Shown here piece by piece: positions 8,585-15,910 of a stretch of DNA of 16,093 nucleotides; within the stretch, counting starts at the first letter, position 1, and every line of letters starts with the position of its first letter. The notes under the pieces are model-generated. The model did not search any database, was not told the origin of the DNA, and saw only the letters and a program-made list of their open reading frames with translations. A program made the position numbers and the translations under genes. Where the stretch lies: positions 1-16,093 of the forward strand of contig JAYVCD010000335.1 of assembly GCA_043750125.1 (NCBI GenBank). Reading direction: 5' to 3'. Source of the stretch: Archangiaceae bacterium (GTDB lineage Bacteria; Myxococcota; Myxococcia; Myxococcales; Myxococcaceae).

Positions 8585-8600
8585 CGGCACATCGAATGCT
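8585..8600 (+). promoter_or_regulatory. sigma54 (-24/-12) promoter of the Cys-rich lipoprotein gene
   Basis: CGGCACATCGAATGCT = GG(8586-87)-N10-GC(8598-99). Confidence 0.72.
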
Positions 8601-8612
8601 GGGGATCCCCCC

Positions 8613-9296
8613 ATGCGCATCGCTCTTGCTCTTGGCATTCTGGTCACCGTTGCGACTGTCAATTGTGGCAGCCCCAAACCCCCAAGCTGCAGCGGGGCCT
8701 GCGGCTGCGTGGGCAACGACTGCAGTTGCACCGCGGGCGGAACCTGCTCTTTCGGCCCCACCAGCGCCGACGGTGGCGTGGTGATCGATGGCGGCGGGAT
8801 CCTGCCCTCGGATGTCACCTTCGACTGCAACAAGAACAACACCTGCAACGTCACCTGTGGATCCAACTGCACGTCCAATTGCGCCAACAGCACGACTTGC
8901 AACGGCTCTTGCGGATCGAACTGCACCACTCAATGCGAAGCGAAGAGCACCTGCACCCAGAGCATCGGCGACAACTCGACCGCGAAGTGTGAGGGGACCA
9001 GCACCTGCAACGTGAGCACCGGGGCCGGCTCTACGGTGACCTGTGGCGGAGGCAGCATCTGCGACGTCACCCTCCAGCCCTCATCCCGACTCGATTGCAC
9101 CGGGACCAGTGTCTGCAATGTGGCCTGCGCCGATGGCGGCTGCACGGTGAACTGTTCCGGGGATGCAAAGTGCACCTGCTCGACGGTCGGCTGCACGCTC
9201 AACTGTGGGGGCGGCGCCGATGGGGGCGGGGGAGGCAAACCGGCGATCACCTGCAACGGCAAGCTCACCTGCTCGCGGTCAGGGCAGTGCCCTTAG
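8613..9296 (+). CDS. Cysteine-rich repeat secreted protein / probable lipoprotein (33 Cys in 227 aa)
   Basis: Signal peptide MRIALALGILVTVATVN-C, 18-aa Cys repeats, GC3-rich codons, and its own sigma54 promoter. Confidence 0.85.
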   Translation: MRIALALGILVTVATVNCGSPKPPSCSGACGCVGNDCSCTAGGTCSFGPTSADGGVVIDGGGILPSDVTFDCNKNNTCNVTCGSNCTSNCANSTTCNGSCGSNCTTQCEAKSTCTQSIGDNSTAKCEGTSTCNVSTGAGSTVTCGGGSICDVTLQPSSRLDCTGTSVCNVACADGGCTVNCSGDAKCTCSTVGCTLNCGGGADGGGGGKPAITCNGKLTCSRSGQCP

Positions 9297-10527
9297 GGAG
9301 CGCGACCTCAAAGGTGGCTCCCTTCCCCGAGTCGAAACCAACTAGCGTTCCTCCGTGTTGTTCGACAAACCTGCGGGAGAGCGCCAGCCCCAGGCCGGTC
9401 CCTCCCGCGCGACCGGTGAAGAACGGTTCGAAGAGCCGTGCCGCAATTTCGGGCGAGATGCCAGGACCCTCGTCGGCGATCGCCACCTTCACCCCTTGCG
9501 CTTCGAGCAGCCCGGTCACCCGCACTGTCCCAGTCGGTGCCGCCTGGATTGCGTTCTGGAGGATGTTGAAGAACACCTGTCGAAGCCGGGCGGCATCGGC
9601 CTGGATCTCCGGCAACTGTGGGCAGGCAAGCTCGATTCGCGTGGTGGGCGAAGTGGCGCGGGCCGCGTCCACCGTCTCGCGCAGCAGGCCCTCGAGAGTC
9701 ACCGGACCCATCAGCAGCGCCCGGGCCGCGGACAGGTCGAGCAGATCTTCGGTCAGCCTCTTCAGCCGGGCGACCTCGGACAGGACGTCAGTCAGTGCGG
9801 CCTGGTCGCGCTCGGTCAAATTTGGCCCGGAGCGCTCTTGCATCAACTCCACCGTGCCTCGAATCACGCCGAGTGGATTTCGAATCTCATGCGCGGCGGC
9901 GGCAGCAATTTGAGTGAGCAACTCGGCACGGCCGGCGCGGGCGAGGGCCAGTTGACGGGCGCGTTCGGTGCGAACCTGGCGGGTGGCCACGATCGCCAAC
10001 GCGCCGGCGCCGAGAATCGACAGCAGGACTGAGATCGCAAGCGCACGCCCCAACAACTGGGACGAAGCGCCCGCGAAGCCAGCCCCTGCTTCGAGCCCGA
10101 GCACCGCGATGATTGCCCCTTCGGCTCGCACCGGAAAGTAGCCGGTCCGAATGGCCACCCGTTCGACCTCGTAGGAGCTTCCAATCGATGGTGAACCCGC
10201 AAACGCCGCTGCGACCCGCTCGGGGTCGATTCGGAGCAGATCTGCCGACTGGCCGATCGGCCCATTGGTGTCGGCCAGCACCCGAAGCTGCCGATCGACA
10301 AGGAAAGCCCCATCAAGGCTCTCTGCACCCATCAGCGCCCGCAACCGCTCGGGGTCCGGCGCGGTGCCGATCAGGAGCGCTGCGGCCGTACCGGCGCCGG
10401 TCAGTCGCTGATCGAGCATCGTCGACACGGCGCGGTTGGCCTCGAAGTAAAAGAAGACGGTCGCCAGCAGTGCTCCCGCGAGGGCGAGCGCGGCGGTGAG
10501 CAGCGGCAGCGGAATTCTTGCTCTCAC
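9265..10527 (-). CDS. Membrane sensor histidine kinase (2 TM, periplasmic Cache-like domain, HisKA + HATPase)
   Basis: H-box AHEIRNPL, N-box QVFFNILQNAIQA, DEGPGI, LFEPFFT, GGTGLGL. GTG 10527 overlaps the upstream stop (GTGA); an alternative ATG is at 10539. The 3' end overlaps the convergent Cys-rich gene by 32 bp. Confidence 0.95.
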   Translation of the reverse strand: MRARIPLPLLTAALALAGALLATVFFYFEANRAVSTMLDQRLTGAGTAAALLIGTAPDPERLRALMGAESLDGAFLVDRQLRVLADTNGPIGQSADLLRIDPERVAAAFAGSPSIGSSYEVERVAIRTGYFPVRAEGAIIAVLGLEAGAGFAGASSQLLGRALAISVLLSILGAGALAIVATRQVRTERARQLALARAGRAELLTQIAAAAAHEIRNPLGVIRGTVELMQERSGPNLTERDQAALTDVLSEVARLKRLTEDLLDLSAARALLMGPVTLEGLLRETVDAARATSPTTRIELACPQLPEIQADAARLRQVFFNILQNAIQAAPTGTVRVTGLLEAQGVKVAIADEGPGISPEIAARLFEPFFTGRAGGTGLGLALSRRFVEQHGGTLVGFDSGKGATFEVALPKGTALTASR

Positions 10528-11930
10528 CACACCCCCCATCCGAGCCGAATACCCGCCGAGCCACTGACTCGGGTGTAACTCAAGGCTGCGACGTTGGCGA
10601 AGACCTCGCGGTCTTCAACCAGCGCGAACAGGGCGAGGTTTTGAGTCAGCTCGAAGTCGGCCCGCAGCTGGCCGTCGAGTTGGAGCTCGGCGCGAGCGAC
10701 GCCGAGGTCGGCATCCACCGCATCGTAGTTTCGGACGCGCGCGCCAGCAGCCAGGGACAACTCCCACCGGGCGCCGGGCCGCACGGTCCACCGCAGCTCT
10801 GCGCCCGGCTCGACCGAGGCCCGCTCAACCGCGACCGCCAGACTGCGGATGAGCAAACCCGACAGTTCGAGGGTGTGGGCTCCGAGCCGAATCGCGACCG
10901 CGAGCCGAGCCGAGTGGCGAAAGCCGGTGTAGCCCTGCGCCTCGATTCGCTGCAGCGCGTCGTAGCCCAGGACGTACTCCGCGCTCACCGCGAAGCGATC
11001 AATGGCCAACAGCAACCGCGCGGTGCCGCGATTGCGCAGCAGCCAGGGCGTGGCGCCGACGCTGATGAAGTCGACGCCATAGTCGAGCGACGCCCATGTC
11101 CGCTGAGTCGCCAGCTGCCAGCCGACCGATCCGGTGCCCAGGCCAACGTCCGATTGCGCGAGCCGGACGTACTTTCGATAGCCGCCCCCGACCGACAGAA
11201 ACGGCCCGTTGGTTCCCCACGGGTGTAGGTGCGCGCCCACCGTGGCCGCACCGAAGCCGTCGTTCCCCCCACCGGGCAAGGCGGTCGCATAGGCCAGCTG
11301 GGTTGCATTCGAGTCGTACCCCCCTTCGATAGAGCCTTCGATCTTCAACCGTTGATGGGTGTCGACAGTCGCCAGCAGCTCCGCCGCAAGACTGCGCAGC
11401 CCCTCGGTGGGCCCCTGGGCGGCTGCATGAAGCTTTTGAGCCGCATGGGGGTCGTCCCCACGGCGAAGCGCGACCAACCCGAGGTACAAGTCGGCGGTGC
11501 CCTGGAGCTCGGGCATGGCGTGGGCTGCCTCTAGAGCGGTGATGGCACTGGCATCGTCGCCCAGTTCGTAATCACAGATGCCCTCGAGGAGCGCGGCGGC
11601 AGTGGTCTCGGTGCCTGATCGGGCCGCCTGCATCCGGGGAAGGGCCGCGTGACAGTCTCCAGCCTTAAAGCGTTCGAGTCCCGCTTCGAAGTCCAACCGC
11701 GCTTGTGCCTCACCGCACACCCGGCTCAGAGCGAGGTCGCAGACTCCTCCTGGAATGCTGAGCGCGGCGGCACTGCGCCATGCAGCAGCGGCTGCAGTCA
11801 GGGCCCCGAGCCGCTCTTCCTCCTGGGCAACGGCGGCATAGACGGCGGCCAGCGCTTCGTCTGGATCCGTGCGGTCGATGGCGTCACATCCAGCGGCGGC
11901 AAGGAGCACCTGCAGGACCGCGCCAATCAC
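10524..11930 (-). CDS. TPR + 14-stranded outer-membrane beta-barrel protein, Slam/DUF560 (surface lipoprotein assembly modifier)-like
   Basis: N-terminal TPR helices (AALLEGICDYELGDDASAITALEAA; ADLYLGLVALRRGD). The barrel opens with GGYDSNA, and I count 14 amphipathic strands. Late motifs RNYDAVDADLGVARAE and ANVAALSYTR resemble the Slam R-x-Y...R-x-D and SN....SY-x-R pattern. The C-terminus is aromatic (W). Confidence 0.72.
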   Translation of the reverse strand: MIGAVLQVLLAAAGCDAIDRTDPDEALAAVYAAVAQEEERLGALTAAAAAWRSAAALSIPGGVCDLALSRVCGEAQARLDFEAGLERFKAGDCHAALPRMQAARSGTETTAAALLEGICDYELGDDASAITALEAAHAMPELQGTADLYLGLVALRRGDDPHAAQKLHAAAQGPTEGLRSLAAELLATVDTHQRLKIEGSIEGGYDSNATQLAYATALPGGGNDGFGAATVGAHLHPWGTNGPFLSVGGGYRKYVRLAQSDVGLGTGSVGWQLATQRTWASLDYGVDFISVGATPWLLRNRGTARLLLAIDRFAVSAEYVLGYDALQRIEAQGYTGFRHSARLAVAIRLGAHTLELSGLLIRSLAVAVERASVEPGAELRWTVRPGARWELSLAAGARVRNYDAVDADLGVARAELQLDGQLRADFELTQNLALFALVEDREVFANVAALSYTRVSGSAGIRLGWGVW

Positions 11931-12556
11931 GGACGGGCGGACCCCGCATCAACCGCAGCGTCGCGGCGTCCGGCCTCTGCCTCTCGCCAACGATCAGCGC
12001 GGAGGGAAGCGAGCGCCGCTGCCTCACGTGAAAAGAGCAGAGCAAGGGTCGGACGCGCCCGCTGGGTCTGCTCGGCCGCTCGAGTCAGCAGCGCGTCAAT
12101 GGCGGCCCGCGGGGGGGCAGCTGAGAGCAGGACGCGGGCTTCGACGCTCAGCCGTCTCGCCTGTTCAGAGATTTTAGGGCCGGAGACTTTTGACGCCCGT
12201 TCGAACGATTCCGCAGCGCAAACGACCAACTGGGTGTCGGAACAGGCAATGCCGCGGTAGTAGAGGAAGAGCGCGTCTGCCGATTCAGGGGCGACCCGCT
12301 GCGCGCTCTCAAAGGCTTCAAGAGCATCGAGGTTTCGTCCTGCGCGGGTCAGCGCCGCCGCGATGTACCAGGGGCATTCGTGGCCGGCCCCCAGAGCCGC
12401 CGCGACCTTGAACTCGACCACCGCTTCTTCGTACCGGCCCGCGCGGAAATGAGCCGCACCAGCCCGGAGGTGGTGCTCGCCTTCATCACCGGTTGCGGGC
12501 GCCGCGAGCCACACGCTGAGCAGCGCGACCGTCGCGCGCATGAAGGTGCGAAGCAC
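11927..12556 (-). CDS. Secreted/periplasmic tetratricopeptide-repeat protein
   Basis: Signal peptide, then TPRs (HLRAGAAHFRAGRYEEAVVEFKVA; PWYIAAALTRAGRNLDALEAFESA; LYYRGIACSD). GTGA coupling to the barrel gene at 11927-11930. An alternative ATG is at 12541. Confidence 0.85.
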   Translation of the reverse strand: MLRTFMRATVALLSVWLAAPATGDEGEHHLRAGAAHFRAGRYEEAVVEFKVAAALGAGHECPWYIAAALTRAGRNLDALEAFESAQRVAPESADALFLYYRGIACSDTQLVVCAAESFERASKVSGPKISEQARRLSVEARVLLSAAPPRAAIDALLTRAAEQTQRARPTLALLFSREAAALASLRADRWREAEAGRRDAAVDAGSARP

Positions 12557-12563
12557 GACGCGG

Positions 12564-12569
12564 ATTCTA
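12564..12569 (-). promoter_or_regulatory. Candidate internal -10 box (TAGAAT) for a leaderless TPR-barrel-kinase transcript
   Basis: TAGAAT lies 7 nt before GTG 12556, in the 13-bp intergenic gap. Confidence 0.4.
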
Positions 12570-12944
12570 TTAGGGTTTTGGGGGCGGTGGTCGCGGAGGT
12601 TTGGTGCCGCGAGAATTTTTCTTCGCTTCTTCCGCCTTCGCCTGCCCCACGGCCGACTGCCCCGCGTTCCCTAGGTTGTCGTGGGCCTCGCGCGCTGCGG
12701 CAGGCAGCCGGGCGAGCGCCTCGCTCCGGGAACGAATCGCTGCGTCGTGGGCGTGAAGCCGCCCGGACTCGTTGGCCTGGGACGGAAGGCTTGACTCCTT
12801 GCCGTCGACGACCGGAAAGCTCAGCGGTCGAGAGGGCAGGGGCGCCTTGTCCTCGAGAGCGGCCCGGACCTCTGCGTGAGCGTTCGCTTGCGCCGAAGCG
12901 GCGGTCGCAAGGAAAACGCACAGAAAGGCTTCGAGGGGCAACAT
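12570..12944 (-). CDS. Small secreted Ala-rich hypothetical protein with Pro/Lys-rich tail (124 aa)
   Basis: ATG 12944 gives the signal peptide MLPLEAFLCVFLATAASA-Q. It is the first gene after a sigma54 promoter and ends KPPRPPPPKP. The longer ORF start (13043) lies inside the enhancer boxes. Confidence 0.7.
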   Translation of the reverse strand: MLPLEAFLCVFLATAASAQANAHAEVRAALEDKAPLPSRPLSFPVVDGKESSLPSQANESGRLHAHDAAIRSRSEALARLPAAAREAHDNLGNAGQSAVGQAKAEEAKKNSRGTKPPRPPPPKP

Positions 12945-12958
12945 CGCATCGGAAAGGT

Positions 12959-12974
12959 AGCAGAGACCATGCCT
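12959..12974 (-). promoter_or_regulatory. sigma54 (-24/-12) promoter of the four-gene minus-strand operon
   Basis: Minus strand AGGCATGGTCTCTGCT = GG-N10-GC. Confidence 0.68.
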
Positions 12975-13013
12975 AGAGGCCTTGCCCGGGCCGGTCTGGA
13001 GCGGCCCCCAGTC

Positions 13014-13051
13014 TGGCCCGAACGGTACGGACAGGTGAACCAAACGGGACA
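13014..13051. promoter_or_regulatory. Tandem enhancer (UAS) boxes, copy C
   Basis: TGGCCCGAACGGTACG (13014-13029; 15/16 identical to 8529-8544) and TGAACCAAACGGGACA (13036-13051), 22 bp apart. Confidence 0.75.
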
Positions 13052-13099
13052 GTGCCTGCTATTTCTCGAATGTGGCCCCCGACTTCCAGCGGTTGACGA

Positions 13100-13903
13100 G
13101 CAGGTACCACTCCGTTCCAGACCGACGGTCGGGAGCGAGGAGACCGACGCCGTCGGGGCGAGCTGCGGGATCGACAGCGCGTCGGCAGGCGTTTGCACCG
13201 ACTCGTCCATTTTCGGGGCCAACCGCTCCGAGAAATCTAACGCGCTGTGGCTCAGATCCACTCGCGCCGCCGAAGCTCGCCGAGCCGCCCGGCCCAGCTT
13301 CGCGACGCGCTCAAACTGCTCGCGCGACCGAGTGGGCAGCCGATCGGCTTCTCGATACGCGACAGCGCCCAACGCATCCCTTCGGAGGGCGTCGAGCAGT
13401 TGACTGGTGAGCGCCTGCGACTCTGCGTCAAGGGCAGAGCGGGCATAGGCCTTCAAACCCATGCGATTGCCGAACCAAACTCGCCCCAGGTCCCCAAAAC
13501 TTTCGGGTCCGGGCAGAGGGAGATCTTCAATGACGACCACCGGGAAGGTCCGCCGCGGGAAGTCGTGGTTGAGGACCTCGTACACCAGCGCGCCGTCGGC
13601 CCGGGTGGGTACGACGGCGGCCGTGTCCCCAAAAGCGAAGAAGGGTTCTGCCCAACTGCGCACGCCGGACTCAACCGCGATTCGGCTCAGGCGAATCAAC
13701 GCGACCGCCTGCTCGGCGTGGGTGCGGGCCGGGTGCTTGAAGGTCGAGAGCAGGTCCCGAAGCTGGTCGATGCCGATGACTACGTTGAGGGCGCTGCCTC
13801 GGGTGTAGCCGGCATGGTAGACGCCGACGAGCTCGAACTCCCCGGTGGCGCAGCAGATTGCCAGGACCGGTGAGCCTGAGTTTCCAGGCGACAGCAGCGC
13901 TTC
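13100..13903 (-). pseudogene. 5'-truncated trypsin-like (S1) serine protease; boundaries approximate
   Basis: ALLSPGNSGSPVLA..GEFELVGVYHAGY is the catalytic Ser motif near 13874-13885. The upstream His/Asp half is missing and is replaced by coding sequence on the opposite strand. Confidence 0.7.
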
Positions 13904-13904
13904 G

Positions 13905-14085
13905 CAACGAAGACGGCTCACTGGGCGACCAGGTGCTGATCGAAGAACGCGGCCTCGCGACGTACGGGTTGATCGCCGACTTCCTCGCAATCGTCGGCGC
14001 GTACCCCGGTTGCGGGCAAGACGTTCACGACTCGGTGATGCTCTCGGCCGAGGCCGCGCTGCGCGAGTGGGAACCCGAACGCGCC
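13905..14085 (+). pseudogene. C-terminal fragment of a membrane dipeptidase (M19)-like amidohydrolase
   Basis: GLATYGLIADFL...LSAEAALREWE resembles the GLAHYGLLPDF...SAEAYxRMWE tail of this family as I recall it. Codons are GC3-rich and there is no start or N-terminus. Confidence 0.45.
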
Positions 14086-14219
14086 TGCGCGGGCGCCGCT
14101 GCCCCGGCGAAGCTTCACGTGCGGCACCGCTCCGGGGTTCGGGCCATGAGGGCGCTCGGGTTGAGCCTCTTCAGCTTCGGGCAGCTCAACGACAGCGTTC
14201 ACTACTTCGTAGCGGCAGC

Positions 14220-14279
14220 GTCTTCCTCGAGCTGCCGCGGCCCACCCAGGAGGAGCTCGAGGCGGTGCTGGCCCGGATC
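14220..14279 (+). mobile_element. Short IS91-family transposase-like remnant
   Basis: VFLELPRPTQEELEAVLARI resembles the segment just downstream of the HUH motif in myxobacterial IS91-like transposases. It is only 20 codons long. Confidence 0.4.
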
Positions 14280-14518
14280 TGGGCTGCAGCGGCGGTGTGG
14301 GGCAAGCCCGAGCGTTCCATTCGCCGCCGCACCACCGGAATTTCGGACATCAACACCACCGCCGTCGCCAGCTTCCGCCCCCACAAACGCAGGTCGTCGA
14401 CGGTCTTCACGACAGGCTTGGCGATCAGTTCCAGCGCCCCGGCGGCGATCGCCTGAAACGACAAATCGACGTCATTGCCCACGGTCACCGAGCACACCAC
14501 CAGAATTCGCGAAGGCAC
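14280..14518 (-). pseudogene. cheB: Fragment of a CheB-type chemotaxis methylesterase receiver domain
   Basis: PSRILVVCSV..VDLSFQAIAAGALELIAKP..LRLWGRKLATAVVLMSEIPVVRRR is the second half of a CheB REC domain. The phospho-Asp half and the esterase domain are absent. Confidence 0.65.
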
Positions 14519-14640
14519 TCACTCTAACGGTGCAGCTGCGCCCTGTTGCTGAGCCGAGCGCGAGGTGACAGCCGAAACGCAGATCGCCTATTCTCCTTGT
14601 TCAAACCCGTCTCGTCCGACAACCGTCTTGGTGGATTCAA

Positions 14641-15909
14641 GTGACCAAAGGTGCGCCTTTTTTGATGACGGTGGCGTTGCCTTTGTTCTTGTCGGCTGGT
14701 GCATCAGCCGGCGTTTCGACTGGCAGCTATGTCGGTGACGGACTGGTCGGCCGCTCGGTCGTGGTTGGGGCGCGTCCAGACTTTGTCATCGTGAAGGCCG
14801 ACTCGACCGACCCCGCGGTCGGCCGCACCTCGACCATGTTGGGGGATCTCACAAAGGGCTTTACCGGCGTCTTTGCGGCGGGCCCGGGGCGGATAACCTC
14901 GTTGACCGCTACTGGGTTTGTCCTCGGGGCGCACCCTGATGTGAATGCAAACGGAGTGACCTACCGATGGATGGCAGTCCAGGCGCGTGCCGGCGAGATG
15001 TTCGTCAGCAGCTACCTCGGCGATGGGCTGGACAACCGCGCCATCATCGGCGTCGGCTTTGCACCTGACTACGTCATTGTCATGCCCGAGATAGGAGCCG
15101 ACTGCACCCAGAGATCCTCCGCGATGCCTGGGGATCTCACTTTGAGTTTCGACACCCCGTTCGGGCCGAACATGATTCAGCAACTGCTGGCGGACGGGTT
15201 TGAGATTGGTACTCACAGCTTCGTCAACCAGCTTGGCGCGCGGTACCACTTCGTGGCTTTTCGCGCGCTCCCCACAGCCCTTACCGTCGGGACTTACCTG
15301 GGAGATAGCGTGGTCGGTCGCATGGTCGCCTCTCCGGGGTATCTGCCGGCGCTGGTCATAGATAAGGGAGCTGGCCCCGTCCTGGGTGTGCATCGCTCGG
15401 CCACCGTGTCTGCCGCGCTCTCGCAAGCGTTTCGCAACCAGGCCAACGGCAACAATCAGATCACTGCCCTATTCGATGGAGGCTTCGTCGTGGGTGGGTC
15501 ATCGACCGTCAATTCTTCCGGCACCACTTACTACTGGACGGCATTCGCGCCGGCATCCACCGCCGACGGTGGAGGAAGTGCCGGCAGCGATGCGGGCAGC
15601 GATGCGGGCAGCGATGCGAGCAGCGATGCCGGTGGCACGAGCAGCGAGGTCGATGCAGGCTCGAAGAATTCGAATGACGGAGGTCTCGAGCCTCCACGGG
15701 TCGACCCCACGTCGTTGGGGCCTACTCAACTGAGCGCGAGACACCTCACCGTGGGCTGTAGTTGCGGGGGCGCAGCGGGTCTCCAACCTTTGGCTGTGCT
15801 CGTCCTGATGGGTGTCCTTACCGGACGCAGGTTTCGCGCGTGCTTCAGTGATGAACGAAAATTGACCCCCGGTAACGATGCGGGTGGGAAAGGCAAGACG
15901 AAGCCGTAG
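14641..15909 (+). CDS. Secreted cell-surface protein with three ~95-aa repeats, SDAG linker and C-terminal MYXO-CTERM-type sorting signal
   Basis: Signal peptide ending ASA. Three repeats of (G/S)(S/T)Y(V/L)GD..R....G..P..VI...I..L...GF..G....VN..G..Y...A. C-terminal VGCSCGG, hydrophobic LAVLVLMGVLTG, then RRFR. An alternative ATG is at 14665. Confidence 0.85.
   Translation: MTKGAPFLMTVALPLFLSAGASAGVSTGSYVGDGLVGRSVVVGARPDFVIVKADSTDPAVGRTSTMLGDLTKGFTGVFAAGPGRITSLTATGFVLGAHPDVNANGVTYRWMAVQARAGEMFVSSYLGDGLDNRAIIGVGFAPDYVIVMPEIGADCTQRSSAMPGDLTLSFDTPFGPNMIQQLLADGFEIGTHSFVNQLGARYHFVAFRALPTALTVGTYLGDSVVGRMVASPGYLPALVIDKGAGPVLGVHRSATVSAALSQAFRNQANGNNQITALFDGGFVVGGSSTVNSSGTTYYWTAFAPASTADGGGSAGSDAGSDAGSDASSDAGGTSSEVDAGSKNSNDGGLEPPRVDPTSLGPTQLSARHLTVGCSCGGAAGLQPLAVLVLMGVLTGRRFRACFSDERKLTPGNDAGGKGKTKP
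15583..15630 (+). repeat. 12-bp tandem repeat x4 encoding (G/S)SDA
   Basis: GGCAGCGATGCG x3 plus AGCAGCGATGCC, in frame within the linker. Confidence 0.9.
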
Positions 15910-15910
15910 C

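Noticed and set aside
2151-12976. Numerous long antisense or alternate-frame ORFs (e.g. 4381-5145, 5725-6606, 7089-7877, 9095-9913, 10518-11228)
   Set aside because: These are shadow ORFs expected in high-GC DNA; they overlap well-supported genes and carry no motifs.
12945-13043. Upstream extension of the small secreted protein ORF
   Set aside because: It spans the promoter and enhancer boxes; the signal peptide begins at ATG 12944.
12821-13990. Intact 389-aa protease CDS
   Set aside because: It lacks the His/Asp half. Its first ~29 codons are antisense to another fragment, and its tail overlaps regulatory DNA and the next gene.
14519-14570. TCACTCTAACGGTGCA as a fourth enhancer box or an integron attC site
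   Set aside because: Only a half match, with no partner box at 22 bp and no GG-N10-GC before 14641. No complementary GTTRRRY end for an attC was found.
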